From an uncultured Spirochaetota bacterium (GTDB taxonomy: Bacteria; Spirochaetota; Brevinematia; Brevinematales; JAOACQ01), in assembly GCA_963835575.1 (NCBI GenBank), contig CAWIGG010000002.1, positions 576,001 through 640,000 on the forward strand: a stretch of 64,000 bases of DNA, in the 5' to 3' direction. Numbering within the stretch: position 1 is the stretch's first letter; each line of letters opens with the position of its first letter. The position numbers and the translations under genes were made by a program. Below the pieces are notes generated by a model, which had not been told where the DNA came from, ran no database searches, and saw only the letters and a list, made by a program, of their open reading frames with translations. This document shows, one piece after another, positions 45,346 to 54,911 of this stretch.

Positions 45346-47035
45346 ACATTTCTCCAATACGCTTTTGCACAGAATCCATGGGTATGAATTCTTTTTCCGT
45401 GCTATGGCGTTCTTTTATTTCAAGCTTACCTTCTTCCTTAAAACTTTTACCGATGGTGACGCGGATGGGTATGCCGGTCAGGTCGGCGTCTTTGAATTTT
45501 ACGCCCGGCCTTTCGTTCCTGTCGTCAATAAGCACCTCGTGAATTTTAGAAAGATCTTCATATAATTTCTCCGCTGTTTTCATCAGATCGCCGTCTTCCG
45601 TATTGATCGGTATGATGATGACGGCAAAAGGAGCGATACTCATCGGCCATATAATGCCGTTTTCATCATGGCTCTGCTCGATGACGCTGGCCAGCGTCCT
45701 GCCTACGCCGATCCCGTAGCTGCCCATGATCGGATAGACTTCCTTGCCTTCGGGGTCCAGCACCTTGACATTCATGGCATGCGTGTATTTATAACCGAGC
45801 TTGAAAATATGGCCGACTTCGATGCCCTTGTAGGACTCGAGTTTTTTCCCGCACTCCGGGCATTTATCCCCGCTTTTGACAAGGCGGATATCTTTTATGA
45901 CGCCCAGGGCGAAATCCCTTCCCGGGTTCACATTGATCAGATGATAGTCCTTTTTATTGGCGCCTGTGATGCCGTTGACAATATACTGCACGCTTTCATC
46001 GGATACGATGGTGATATTTTTCAGTCCGACCGGCGAAGCGAAACCGACCGGCGCGCCGGTAACTTTTAATATGGTTTCCTCATCGGAGAGTTCCAATTCG
46101 GCGCACTGCAGGGCGTTCTTCAGCTTGACCTCGTTTATGGAGAGGTCTCCCCGGATGACGGCCATAACGGGCTTTCCGTCCGCCATATATATTATGGATT
46201 TAATAAAGATTTCAGGGGATGTTTTAAAGAATTCAGTCAGTTCCTCAATGGTTTTGGTATCGGGCGTATGCGCCTCTTCTATCTTTTTCGGGCTGCCGTC
46301 CGGTTTTTTAAAATCCATGGAGGAAGCCGCCCTTTCGGCATTGGCCACATAATGGCATGAAGAGCATTTGATGATCTCTTCCTCGCCGATGGTTGAGGCG
46401 ACCATAAATTCTTCCGAAACGGAGCCGCCCATGGCGCCCGTGTCGGCGAGAACCGGCATAACTTCGAGGCCGCAGCGGTGGAAGATCCTCCGGTAAGCGG
46501 CGCGCATCGATCCATAATTTTTATCGAGTCCCGCCTCGTCCATATCGAAGGAATAGGCGTCCTTCATGATGAATTCCCGGCAGCGCATAATGCCGTAGCG
46601 GGGGCGTATCTCGTCCCTGAATTTTGTGTTGATCTGGTAGAGATTTAAGGGCAGGTCCCTGTAGGAATGAACATTTTCCTTTACGATGGCCGTAAATGCC
46701 TCTTCATGCGTCGGGCCGAGGACCATGTCGTTTTCATGCCGGTCCTTTAAGCGCATCATTTCCTTCCCCATCTTCTCATAACGCCCGCTTTCCTGCCAGA
46801 GCTCAGCCGGCGTAAGAATGGGGGGGAGAAGCTCCTGCGCTCCGGCCGCGTTCATTTCCTCGCGGACGATCTGAATGATCTTCAGAACGGCGCGCTGGCC
46901 GAGCGGCAGGAATGTATAGAGGCCGGCGCCCATTTTTCTCATCAGGCCGGCCCTCATCATGAGAATATGAGAGTCAATTTCCGCGTCCTTCGGGGTTTCC
47001 CTCAGGGTGGGAAGAAGAAGCTTGGATAAGCGCAT
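45314..47035 (-). CDS. proS: Proline--tRNA ligase
   Basis: LGPTHEE, KFRDEIRPRYG, editing domain, GIEVGHIFKLG; ATG at 47035 with GGAG RBS. Confidence 0.98.
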   Translation of the reverse strand: MRLSKLLLPTLRETPKDAEIDSHILMMRAGLMRKMGAGLYTFLPLGQRAVLKIIQIVREEMNAAGAQELLPPILTPAELWQESGRYEKMGKEMMRLKDRHENDMVLGPTHEEAFTAIVKENVHSYRDLPLNLYQINTKFRDEIRPRYGIMRCREFIMKDAYSFDMDEAGLDKNYGSMRAAYRRIFHRCGLEVMPVLADTGAMGGSVSEEFMVASTIGEEEIIKCSSCHYVANAERAASSMDFKKPDGSPKKIEEAHTPDTKTIEELTEFFKTSPEIFIKSIIYMADGKPVMAVIRGDLSINEVKLKNALQCAELELSDEETILKVTGAPVGFASPVGLKNITIVSDESVQYIVNGITGANKKDYHLINVNPGRDFALGVIKDIRLVKSGDKCPECGKKLESYKGIEVGHIFKLGYKYTHAMNVKVLDPEGKEVYPIMGSYGIGVGRTLASVIEQSHDENGIIWPMSIAPFAVIIIPINTEDGDLMKTAEKLYEDLSKIHEVLIDDRNERPGVKFKDADLTGIPIRVTIGKSFKEEGKLEIKERHSTEKEFIPMDSVQKRIGEMYENQMARYRN

Positions 47036-47229
47036 TGTAAAACTCCTTTGAATGTTTTGTGGAATGGACAAACAACTTGGTGATATTCTATAACCATAAA
47101 ATTTTAAGAGGAAAAGCATTTTTATTCAATAAAACAGGGGATAACAGTGGATTATGCTGATTATTGATCATCTATAAACACAGAAAGGAAGGAATCATAT
47201 GCCCAGGTTTAATATGCTAAAGCATGTCT

Positions 47230-47730
47230 TTATGTTTCTTTCGGCTCTTTCACTTCCGTGTCTCTTTCCCAGCCTTCATTCTGTATTACTATTCGTTCAA
47301 TGGCTATAGCGTTACAATTGGCATCAAGATCCACCATGGCTTCATATTCCGATACCCAGCATCTATAGATTATATAAGAATGGACAAGAGCGCCCTGTTC
47401 ATTAAATAAATCGATGTTGATGTCTTTTCTGTAATTTTTGAGAGACATGGCAGAATCGCCGGCCATATTATGTACAAAATTTGCCCAGTCTTCAAAAGCT
47501 GTATCCTGTGTGATACCGCGTTCCAGAATGATGGGACTGTATTCAGTCGTACCGGGTGAACGGCGGAGCAGGCTGGGGTCACCTCCCTCCCTGTGGCAGA
47601 TTACTTCAGTTGTTCTTTTCAAGCCGCTTATTTTTGATACGCCGATCACATATTTTCCATCCCAATTGACCTTGAATTTAAAATTTTTGTAGGGATCAAA
47701 ACGGTGCGTATTAACTGGGAACCCAGACAT
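47230..47730 (-). CDS. Phage/contractile-injection tail tube protein (T4 gp19-like, Afp1/Afp5-like)
   Basis: RFDPYKNFKFKV, REGGD, PGTTEYSPIILERG, FEDW, RKDINIDLFNE, CWVSEY; AAGGAGG RBS. Confidence 0.9.
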   Translation of the reverse strand: MSGFPVNTHRFDPYKNFKFKVNWDGKYVIGVSKISGLKRTTEVICHREGGDPSLLRRSPGTTEYSPIILERGITQDTAFEDWANFVHNMAGDSAMSLKNYRKDINIDLFNEQGALVHSYIIYRCWVSEYEAMVDLDANCNAIAIERIVIQNEGWERDTEVKEPKET

Positions 47731-47779
47731 ACAGCCCTCCTTAATTAATTTTATCCATATGATCGACTTTTTTATCTAT

Positions 47780-49545
47780 GGCCCTGCTGAAAAAATTCAA
47801 ACACAAGCATAGGGGATATTCCGGCAAATTTTCAACCGCACAAGGAAAAAGATTAAGAAATCAAAGGCCATGTCGGCGGCAGCCTTCGATTTATCAGCCA
47901 AATAGCCCCGATATCTCTTGAAATTAATCCCGATTCCCCTTAAAAGCATGCGGGTTTTGACTTTTACCAGACCACGGAACAAAATCCTGCCGCTCAAATA
48001 CTTTGGTTTCAATAAACTCATCAATCCTTCTACGGCAGGGCGTAGTCCCATCAGAAATTTTCCTGCATCCATACATATCAATTCCAAAAATTCATCCATC
48101 CATTCCCTTTTGGCGTCTATTACCAGCCGACTTTGCTTCTTGCCGACACAGGCCAGACAATTTTCTTTCTTATCGCAGGCGGCACATTTTTTTACATCAA
48201 AATTCAATACCACGGAACCATCTTCATTTTCAATAATGCTATTCGGGATTTCTCCCGCCGGACACATCCCATATTTGCCGGTTTTTGGGTCTGTATACTC
48301 AGAAAGTTTCGCTTTGTTTTTTATCCCTTCCAGATCGACGCCGCGTATCGCGCTCATTACCAGTTGAACGTCTTCGCCGCTCTCATTCCGAAGGTCTTCA
48401 GAATTATAACCGCCATCGCTTATCGCTGTTTCAATATTCGTTTCCTTTTTTAAATTAGATAGTTGCCTGCGGAATAAATCCCCATCGTCAGCATTATTCG
48501 ATGCGGTTTCTATGCTGGTAATCACCTGCATCGGATTTTGAGGGTCACAGGTTTCAACCGCGTTCACCTTATACCCGACATACTGTTTTCCCCGCTTCTC
48601 CCGGTAGGTCGCGTCTTCGTCCACCGGCGACTGCATCGATGAGGCTTTGATTTCCCGCGGCAGCTTCAGCGTCACCTTGCCTTCTTTTTCTATCCGGCAT
48701 TGTTCCCGCAAAAGTCTCATTGCCTGCCGGAAACTCTTTTGTTTCCTGACTTTATTGTGAAACACGTTCTCTGTAATCAGCCCGAATATTTCCTCGCCAA
48801 TTTCCACCGTTTTCGATTCGTAATTCTCCTTTTTCAGTCGATAACTGAATCCGTCCTCATTTTGTTTTAGAAAATCCTTACATCTTTCACTTAAGGAAAA
48901 TCCAGCATTGGAAACATCTTCCGCCATATTGGACAACACTTTATGAAACAGCATAACCCGATTCAGCCGCTTGATATTGGCCCCAATCATTACAGAATCT
49001 GTCCTCTGCAGTCCGGTTTTGATCCCGACCTCTCCAATTAAAAGATCCCGAAACTCATCAAATATAACGTCAAAAAGCCCGTCCTGATTCTCCGCCACAG
49101 CGGCACGAAAATAGTATAACGTCCTGATCGACATCTGCTGCGCGTTGATGTCTTCCAATCCCAGCGCGTATCGAAACGATAAATCATATCGATACCGCTC
49201 AAACAACTGTTCATCGGTCAGAGAGAATAGCTCTTTCATGATTTCCAGCCCGGCTAATATGTTGACCGGGAAATTACTCCTACCAAGTTTTGGGTCATAT
49301 AGTGGAGCAAACTTCCGCTCATTTATTTTTGAGAAAACTTTCTGGTAAAAAAGCCCGGCCCAGCTTTCATTTAAACTTTCTCTCATTTCCTGGTTCATTT
49401 CATATCTTACCGGATATAAATCCTGTTCTATATGTCTCTGATTCAGCTTGAACATTTTGACCTCTCTCTGATTCATGTGCATATATTATAACGAGTTATG
49501 CAACTTTTGTACATGAATCGGTAGGATTGTTTTTGCAGTAGGGCC
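47780..49545 (-). mobile_element. IS1182/IS5-like IS
   Basis: 16-bp TIRs GGCCCTGCTGAAAAAA / GGCCCTACTGCAAAAA; flanking direct repeat ATCTAT (47774-47779, 49546-49551). Confidence 0.85.
47797..49455 (-). CDS. DDE transposase (IS1182/IS5-like)
   Basis: GRSNFP, RTDS, QSPVDEDATYR, DGGY, RPAVEG; ORF intact. Confidence 0.85.
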   Translation of the reverse strand: MFKLNQRHIEQDLYPVRYEMNQEMRESLNESWAGLFYQKVFSKINERKFAPLYDPKLGRSNFPVNILAGLEIMKELFSLTDEQLFERYRYDLSFRYALGLEDINAQQMSIRTLYYFRAAVAENQDGLFDVIFDEFRDLLIGEVGIKTGLQRTDSVMIGANIKRLNRVMLFHKVLSNMAEDVSNAGFSLSERCKDFLKQNEDGFSYRLKKENYESKTVEIGEEIFGLITENVFHNKVRKQKSFRQAMRLLREQCRIEKEGKVTLKLPREIKASSMQSPVDEDATYREKRGKQYVGYKVNAVETCDPQNPMQVITSIETASNNADDGDLFRRQLSNLKKETNIETAISDGGYNSEDLRNESGEDVQLVMSAIRGVDLEGIKNKAKLSEYTDPKTGKYGMCPAGEIPNSIIENEDGSVVLNFDVKKCAACDKKENCLACVGKKQSRLVIDAKREWMDEFLELICMDAGKFLMGLRPAVEGLMSLLKPKYLSGRILFRGLVKVKTRMLLRGIGINFKRYRGYLADKSKAAADMAFDFLIFFLVRLKICRNIPYACV

Positions 49546-49606
49546 ATCTATATTTATTAATAAATATCCTTGAAAAATCGGCGTAACAATATATAATATA
49601 ATCTGG

Positions 49607-50941
49607 ATGGTTGGAAGCGTGAAATTTTTGAAAATTTTCATTATCATACTTTTATGTGCCGCATCTTGCCTGATTTTCAGATTAGAAGGCTTCTCTATTA
49701 CAATATCTATAGACGGAATTAATGATTTTGACATGACTTCCAATGTAATTCTCACTTCCACTCCGGGTTATACTAACTGGATAACCTGGGACGATAATTA
49801 CCTGTACATAGGCTATTTCGGGACCGGTCTGGCGGACAATCTCGCTTCGACTATGCTCATAGCGTATTTTTCAACAAATACAAACAGCGGCGGCGCTTAC
49901 GGAGCTGTCTTTGACTCCCAGGGAGCGGTCCTGCCTTACAGGGCGGATTTTCTGTTCAGGTATGATACGACATATTCCTGGGACAGCGCCGTCTGGAACG
50001 GAACGGGATGGAACTGGAGCAGTCCATTCTCAATTACGCCTTCTTCCGATTTGATGACAAACGGCAGCTACCTGGAATTCCGCATATCAAGAGCGAACCT
50101 CGGCAATTCTCCGTACCTGGACTGTAATCTTTATATGGTAAAACCTTCAGGAATGTTCGGGGCTGTCCCGAATGTATCTTTTTCAGACGGCTTCGGCAGT
50201 TATATCAATACTTTTCTAAACTTCGGGACTGATTTCACGGAATCGAATATTATCAGTTCAAACGCAATTTATGAGGTTGTTGATACAAATCCGGTACTTT
50301 CTAATACTGTTTTATTTCCTTCAAACGGTCAAACGAATGTCTGGGGCGAACGGATCACGCTGACAAATTTCGCATGGCAGGCCATAGGCCTGAGGAATAT
50401 TTCTTATTATACCAATAATCATTATATGTTTACGATTTCCATTACGAATTATGAATCGAATTTTACCTGGGATATTGATACAAATGCTTTTCCGCCCGGC
50501 ACTTATGACATCTATTCCATGGCGAGCAATACTTCGGGCGGATTATCGTCCGCAACCAACACTTTTGTGATTTTATCAGCCCCCGATCTGGTAATCATTA
50601 AAACCGTTGATAACATCCAGCTCGGTTCCACTAATTTCAGCTGGCCGGGAGCGCTGATTCTATATAAAATCATGTACTCCAACCAGGGTGACGGATACGC
50701 GACAAATGTTGTCCTGTTTGAAAAGATTCCGGAGCATTCCACGTATTATACCAATTATCTCGGGGCTGCCACAACCGGCTGGGAAACCCAGTATGCGCAT
50801 ATTGATAATCCCGACCAGAGCTATGGTTCAACAGATTATGACAGCGACAATACGGGCGTCAAATGGGTCCGGTGGAGGAAAACAAGCATAGCTTCGGATG
50901 AAGATGACAGGACCATTTATCTGGGAGTAACTATTGATTAG
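49607..50941 (+). CDS. Exported protein: DOMON/CBM9-like N-domain + Ig-like domain + C-terminally truncated DUF11 domain (putative tip adhesin)
   Basis: Signal peptide; IDGINDF...ITWDDNYLYIG; PDLVIIKTVD...PGALILYKIMYSNQG...VVLFEKIP. Confidence 0.7.
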   Translation: MVGSVKFLKIFIIILLCAASCLIFRLEGFSITISIDGINDFDMTSNVILTSTPGYTNWITWDDNYLYIGYFGTGLADNLASTMLIAYFSTNTNSGGAYGAVFDSQGAVLPYRADFLFRYDTTYSWDSAVWNGTGWNWSSPFSITPSSDLMTNGSYLEFRISRANLGNSPYLDCNLYMVKPSGMFGAVPNVSFSDGFGSYINTFLNFGTDFTESNIISSNAIYEVVDTNPVLSNTVLFPSNGQTNVWGERITLTNFAWQAIGLRNISYYTNNHYMFTISITNYESNFTWDIDTNAFPPGTYDIYSMASNTSGGLSSATNTFVILSAPDLVIIKTVDNIQLGSTNFSWPGALILYKIMYSNQGDGYATNVVLFEKIPEHSTYYTNYLGAATTGWETQYAHIDNPDQSYGSTDYDSDNTGVKWVRWRKTSIASDEDDRTIYLGVTID

Positions 50942-51032
50942 CAATGAAATTGTACTTTGATATTGAAGATTCCGATAAATGAATTTTAATATTGGAATAG
51001 AAGTTAAAATTAAATTGAATATAAGGGAAATT

Positions 51033-52508
51033 ATGAAGCGGATAAATTTTATTGCTCTATTGTTACTAATGACCGGCGCTCAATTGTTTTCTGCGGTGAA
51101 AGTGCTGAGCGTCATCTCGGACCTAAAAGATTATAACAATCTGATTGACGGTAAAATGGATACTTACGCGTCCGGGAAAAAGGGAGATAATACGATTATA
51201 CTTCAGCTTGGGACTATGAAGTATATAAAAGACTTGAAAATATATTTAGAAGAACAGGCGCAGATAAAAAAAATTTCGTTATATACTTCAGATAATTTCA
51301 TAAATTGGAGTATTATATTAGAGAAGAGGAATCCGAATGAAAACATCCTTGACTTTCAATTAAAAAATACCGCAGGTCTATTTATAAAAATTGTGATCAA
51401 TTCCGATTCGGAAATTAAAATCAAAGAAATCGAGTGTTTTGATGCAACAGCGCCTAAAAATCAAATATTTAATATTAAAATCGACTCTATTATGGAAGAC
51501 TCTGTTGTACTTAATTGGGAAACGAAAATCAAGACAGAGGACTTTTTTGTCTATTCAAAGAAAGTGAACGGCACAAAAATGACATTGTTTGAAATGGATT
51601 ATAAAGAGAAACATTCCATAAAACTGAAGGGGCTTTTAAAAGGCACCGAATATGTTTTTAATATAATAAGCCAGTCCCCCGACGGAACAAAATTAGAAAG
51701 CGAGCCGATGGAATTCAGGACAAAAGGGACTCCGTTACCGGATATCTGGGAATTGAGAGCGGTCAATATCAACCCTTATACGGCCAAAATTTATTACCGC
51801 TCCAACATTCCCACAAAGTATGAAGTCTATCTGGGCCAAAATGAAAAAAAGCTGGATAAAATCATTGAAGAAGGTAAATTCAGCGAAGCGAGAGAATTTG
51901 ATATACTGGGGCTTCAGCCTGAAACAATATATTATTATAAAATAATTTTAAAGGACAAGCTCGGGAATGTGGCAATGACGCCGCCGCTCCAGTTTAAAAC
52001 ACCCGCGGATAATATCGCCCTGGGTAAAAGGGTTATCGGGACTTTTAATTTTATTGATGAAGATATTAAAAAAAGGGGGTTTGGAGAGACCACAGTCGAT
52101 AAGGTTGTGGACGGCAATCTGAATTATTTCGGCGGAATGGCAATCTCTTATAATGCGGACAATGCGGATCAATATGTTATAATTGACCTGGGAAAGTCTG
52201 AACCGGTAAAAAGGATTGATGTCTACTGGTGGGCTTTATCCTATTCAAGGGATTACAGGATCGAATTGAGCGAGAACGGCACTGATTGGTTTACTGCGCA
52301 AGAACATATTGACGCGGAAAAAGGGATTGATATTAATTCCCCAGGAGGCGATTATCTGGTTTATCAGTCGGTACCAATTAATAAAACCGCGAGACTGGTT
52401 AAACTGTTTGTTAAAGCCGGTAATTTGAGGGGCTCGAAGATTAAAAAATGGAACCCGCGTCCCAATTTGTATCTTTGTGAGATTGCGGTAATAAAAGAGC
52501 CCAAATAA
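51033..52508 (+). CDS. Exported discoidin (F5/8C)-FN3-FN3-discoidin protein
   Basis: Signal peptide; LIDG; LKGLLKGTEY and GLQPETIYYY (FN3); NIALGK...IDLG...SENGTDW. Confidence 0.75.
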   Translation: MKRINFIALLLLMTGAQLFSAVKVLSVISDLKDYNNLIDGKMDTYASGKKGDNTIILQLGTMKYIKDLKIYLEEQAQIKKISLYTSDNFINWSIILEKRNPNENILDFQLKNTAGLFIKIVINSDSEIKIKEIECFDATAPKNQIFNIKIDSIMEDSVVLNWETKIKTEDFFVYSKKVNGTKMTLFEMDYKEKHSIKLKGLLKGTEYVFNIISQSPDGTKLESEPMEFRTKGTPLPDIWELRAVNINPYTAKIYYRSNIPTKYEVYLGQNEKKLDKIIEEGKFSEAREFDILGLQPETIYYYKIILKDKLGNVAMTPPLQFKTPADNIALGKRVIGTFNFIDEDIKKRGFGETTVDKVVDGNLNYFGGMAISYNADNADQYVIIDLGKSEPVKRIDVYWWALSYSRDYRIELSENGTDWFTAQEHIDAEKGIDINSPGGDYLVYQSVPINKTARLVKLFVKAGNLRGSKIKKWNPRPNLYLCEIAVIKEPK

Positions 52509-52567
52509 AAAATTTATATCCAGTTTACTGTTTTTTTATATTCTCTTTTTTTGTAAGGAGGCCAGTT

Positions 52568-53656
52568 ATGAAAGGGAGAAGGGTTTTTGGTATTGTTGCC
52601 GGCTTGTTTGTGATTTTCCTTCTGGGTGTGGTGATTTTCATCCCCTGGGGAGGCAGCAAACTTGGAGCCGCAACAGGCGCCGGTATTGTCCTGACAAACA
52701 TAGTGCAGGTGAACTGGAACAGCGGCGCTATTGCTATGTCGACGAATGCCACTAATGTCGGCGCTGCTGTAGGAACAAACTATGGCATGACATGGATCGG
52801 GATAACAAACCAGAATGTTGTTTCCGGAACGTCTGTTTCCAACGAAACAATTCTTTCCAATGATGGGAATGCTACCGCGGACTTTATCCTGACCTTCAGC
52901 AGTAATACTTTTCCAAATACCAGTTCAGTAAACTGGTCTGCGGTTTTTACCAATGAGGCCGGAGGCGCAAGCAGCGGTAATCTCAGGGTTACGCTGGCCC
53001 CATCCAGTTTTGCGAATATCCGCCTTTTCATTTCAGTTCCCAACACTGAAACGAACGGAGCCTTTATCATCTTTCAATGCTTTTCATCCAATTCGAATGC
53101 CGTTGCCGAAATCGGCACAGCCGCCACAAACTATGTCGGTTATAACGGTATTCCTTACGGAGGCGACATGGGAAGATACGGAGCTCCTGTAGGCGAAGCA
53201 TTTCTTTCCAATGCTCAGCCCAATTTTACGAACTGGATTGTCACAACGATTTTTGCCAATATTTTGATTTCAAAAACCGCCGATATCAGCAACGCGGCTC
53301 CTTTTATAGCCAATACGACAATCCCATTCCCCGGAGCCATTATAACATACAGGCTCGGTTTTACAAACTCAGGCATGGTGGCCGGAAATTCCGTACGGAT
53401 TATTGATACGATTCCCACAAATGATCTTTTGTATGTTAATAATTCTCTCAAGAAGGGTAATTATGCGACCACTTTTGCCAATTACGGGACTCTTACGGCT
53501 CTTTTAGACACCCCGGGAGATGATGACGGTTCAACGAATCCTACGGCTGCCGACCAGATTATTTTCTGCCCGACAAACGGCGTTGCTCCTTTGACCGGCG
53601 GCGATATTCAGTCCAATGACGCCGGCGCTTATTACTACAGAACTTATTTGAAGTAA
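52568..53656 (+). CDS. DUF11-type exported protein (putative major pilin/shaft)
   Basis: AAGGAGG RBS; signal region, then ATGAGIVLTNIVQV; C-terminal ILISKTAD...PGAIITYRLGFTNSG...IIDTIP. Confidence 0.72.
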   Translation: MKGRRVFGIVAGLFVIFLLGVVIFIPWGGSKLGAATGAGIVLTNIVQVNWNSGAIAMSTNATNVGAAVGTNYGMTWIGITNQNVVSGTSVSNETILSNDGNATADFILTFSSNTFPNTSSVNWSAVFTNEAGGASSGNLRVTLAPSSFANIRLFISVPNTETNGAFIIFQCFSSNSNAVAEIGTAATNYVGYNGIPYGGDMGRYGAPVGEAFLSNAQPNFTNWIVTTIFANILISKTADISNAAPFIANTTIPFPGAIITYRLGFTNSGMVAGNSVRIIDTIPTNDLLYVNNSLKKGNYATTFANYGTLTALLDTPGDDDGSTNPTAADQIIFCPTNGVAPLTGGDIQSNDAGAYYYRTYLK

Positions 53657-53684
53657 TCTTGCTTGATTTATTGTCTAATTGTTT

Positions 53685-53770
53685 ATCAGGAAAGGAATTT
53701 TGCTAATTTTTAAATTATGGGACATTACTACAGATTCTAAGAATTCATTCCTGGGATATTCCTTCCTGAT
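53685..53770 (+). other. Inverted repeat downstream of the putative major pilin gene
   Basis: atcaggaaaggaat ... attccttcctgat. Confidence 0.45.
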
Positions 53771-53903
53771 CCGGGTTAATAGTTAATATACCCTAATTAA
53801 TAAGACAAATCTTCCCTGATAGCTGGCAGAGGAAAAAGAGATTAATTAATAAAATATAAATACTATAGATAACACGGGGGATTAAGGTTAGTGGAATAAG
53901 ATT

Positions 53904-54911
53904 ATGAGATATCTGCTGATGGTTTTGTTCTTAGCGGTAAGCATTGATTTCTATGGGAATGTCAAGTTAATCGGCAGGGACGGCTGGTATGCGCAGGTTG
54001 AGATCAATAAAAGCCTTTTTAAAAATTCCCCCGCCGTTTTTTTAATTTATAACAATCAGATAACAAATACTTTATTCCTTCTGGAGGATGATGCTAACCG
54101 TCTCTTTAAGCTGAATATTGATGACGGTCTTTATGATTATGTCATTTATGATATTGAAAAAAAAGTTCTGGAAAAGGGAAAGCTTGATTTAACAGAACCG
54201 TTTAAGTTTAATATTAAGACAATAGGTTCTGATAATATTGAAGTTGAGATTAATACAAAAGATTATGAAAATATAGAAGCCAGCCTGTTGCTCAGTAATA
54301 AAATCCTTAATAATAAGAAATTAACTGTCAATAAAAGTAATATCATCAGATTTGAGAATTTGGGATCCGGCACTTATTACAGACTGGAATTGACCTCTAA
54401 TAATTATTATAAAAGTAAGGGATTTAAAACACTGCTTAAAAACATCGCCTTGAATAAACCGGTATACGGGACTTTTACAAAATTGCCGGAAAGCAGGTTT
54501 GTTGACGATACAACGCCTGTGATCAGAAGAATTAATGACGGCAGGCTGGAATGGTATAAGGGAATGGCAGTCAGCGGCGAAGTAAATTCAAGCGATCAAT
54601 ACGCTTTTATCAATTTGCTCGGTATGGAGGAACTGAAGGAAATAAAAGTGTACTGGCATGCCTATTATTATCCGCTTAAATATTCTTTTTATTACAGCAA
54701 AGATGGGACAAACTGGAATTATATTGAAAGGAGTACCAATCAATTTTCCAATAATGTAGCAGGCGACAACACGCCGCTCATAATCGATGATATAATGACA
54801 AATATAACAGCGTATTATATCGGTATTATTGTTAAAAAAGGGGAAAAGATAAATAACAGGCTGGCACTGAGGAATTATCTTGAATTGTTGGAGATTGAAG
54901 CCTATGAATAA
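53904..54911 (+). CDS. Exported FN3-discoidin protein, paralogous to 51033-52508
   Basis: ENLGSGTYY; NIALNKPVYGTF...GMAVS...SDQY...VYW...SKDGTNW. Confidence 0.72.
   Translation: MRYLLMVLFLAVSIDFYGNVKLIGRDGWYAQVEINKSLFKNSPAVFLIYNNQITNTLFLLEDDANRLFKLNIDDGLYDYVIYDIEKKVLEKGKLDLTEPFKFNIKTIGSDNIEVEINTKDYENIEASLLLSNKILNNKKLTVNKSNIIRFENLGSGTYYRLELTSNNYYKSKGFKTLLKNIALNKPVYGTFTKLPESRFVDDTTPVIRRINDGRLEWYKGMAVSGEVNSSDQYAFINLLGMEELKEIKVYWHAYYYPLKYSFYYSKDGTNWNYIERSTNQFSNNVAGDNTPLIIDDIMTNITAYYIGIIVKKGEKINNRLALRNYLELLEIEAYE

Noticed and set aside
45314..47119. Longer upstream starts in the ORF track (proS; also nadE, 8023, 24905, 40147, 42340, 60224)
   Set aside because: Downstream ATGs have better RBSs and match the family N-termini or signal peptides
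47230..49545. Prophage or complete eCIS/T6SS locus
   Set aside because: Only a tube gene; no integrase, capsid, sheath or baseplate
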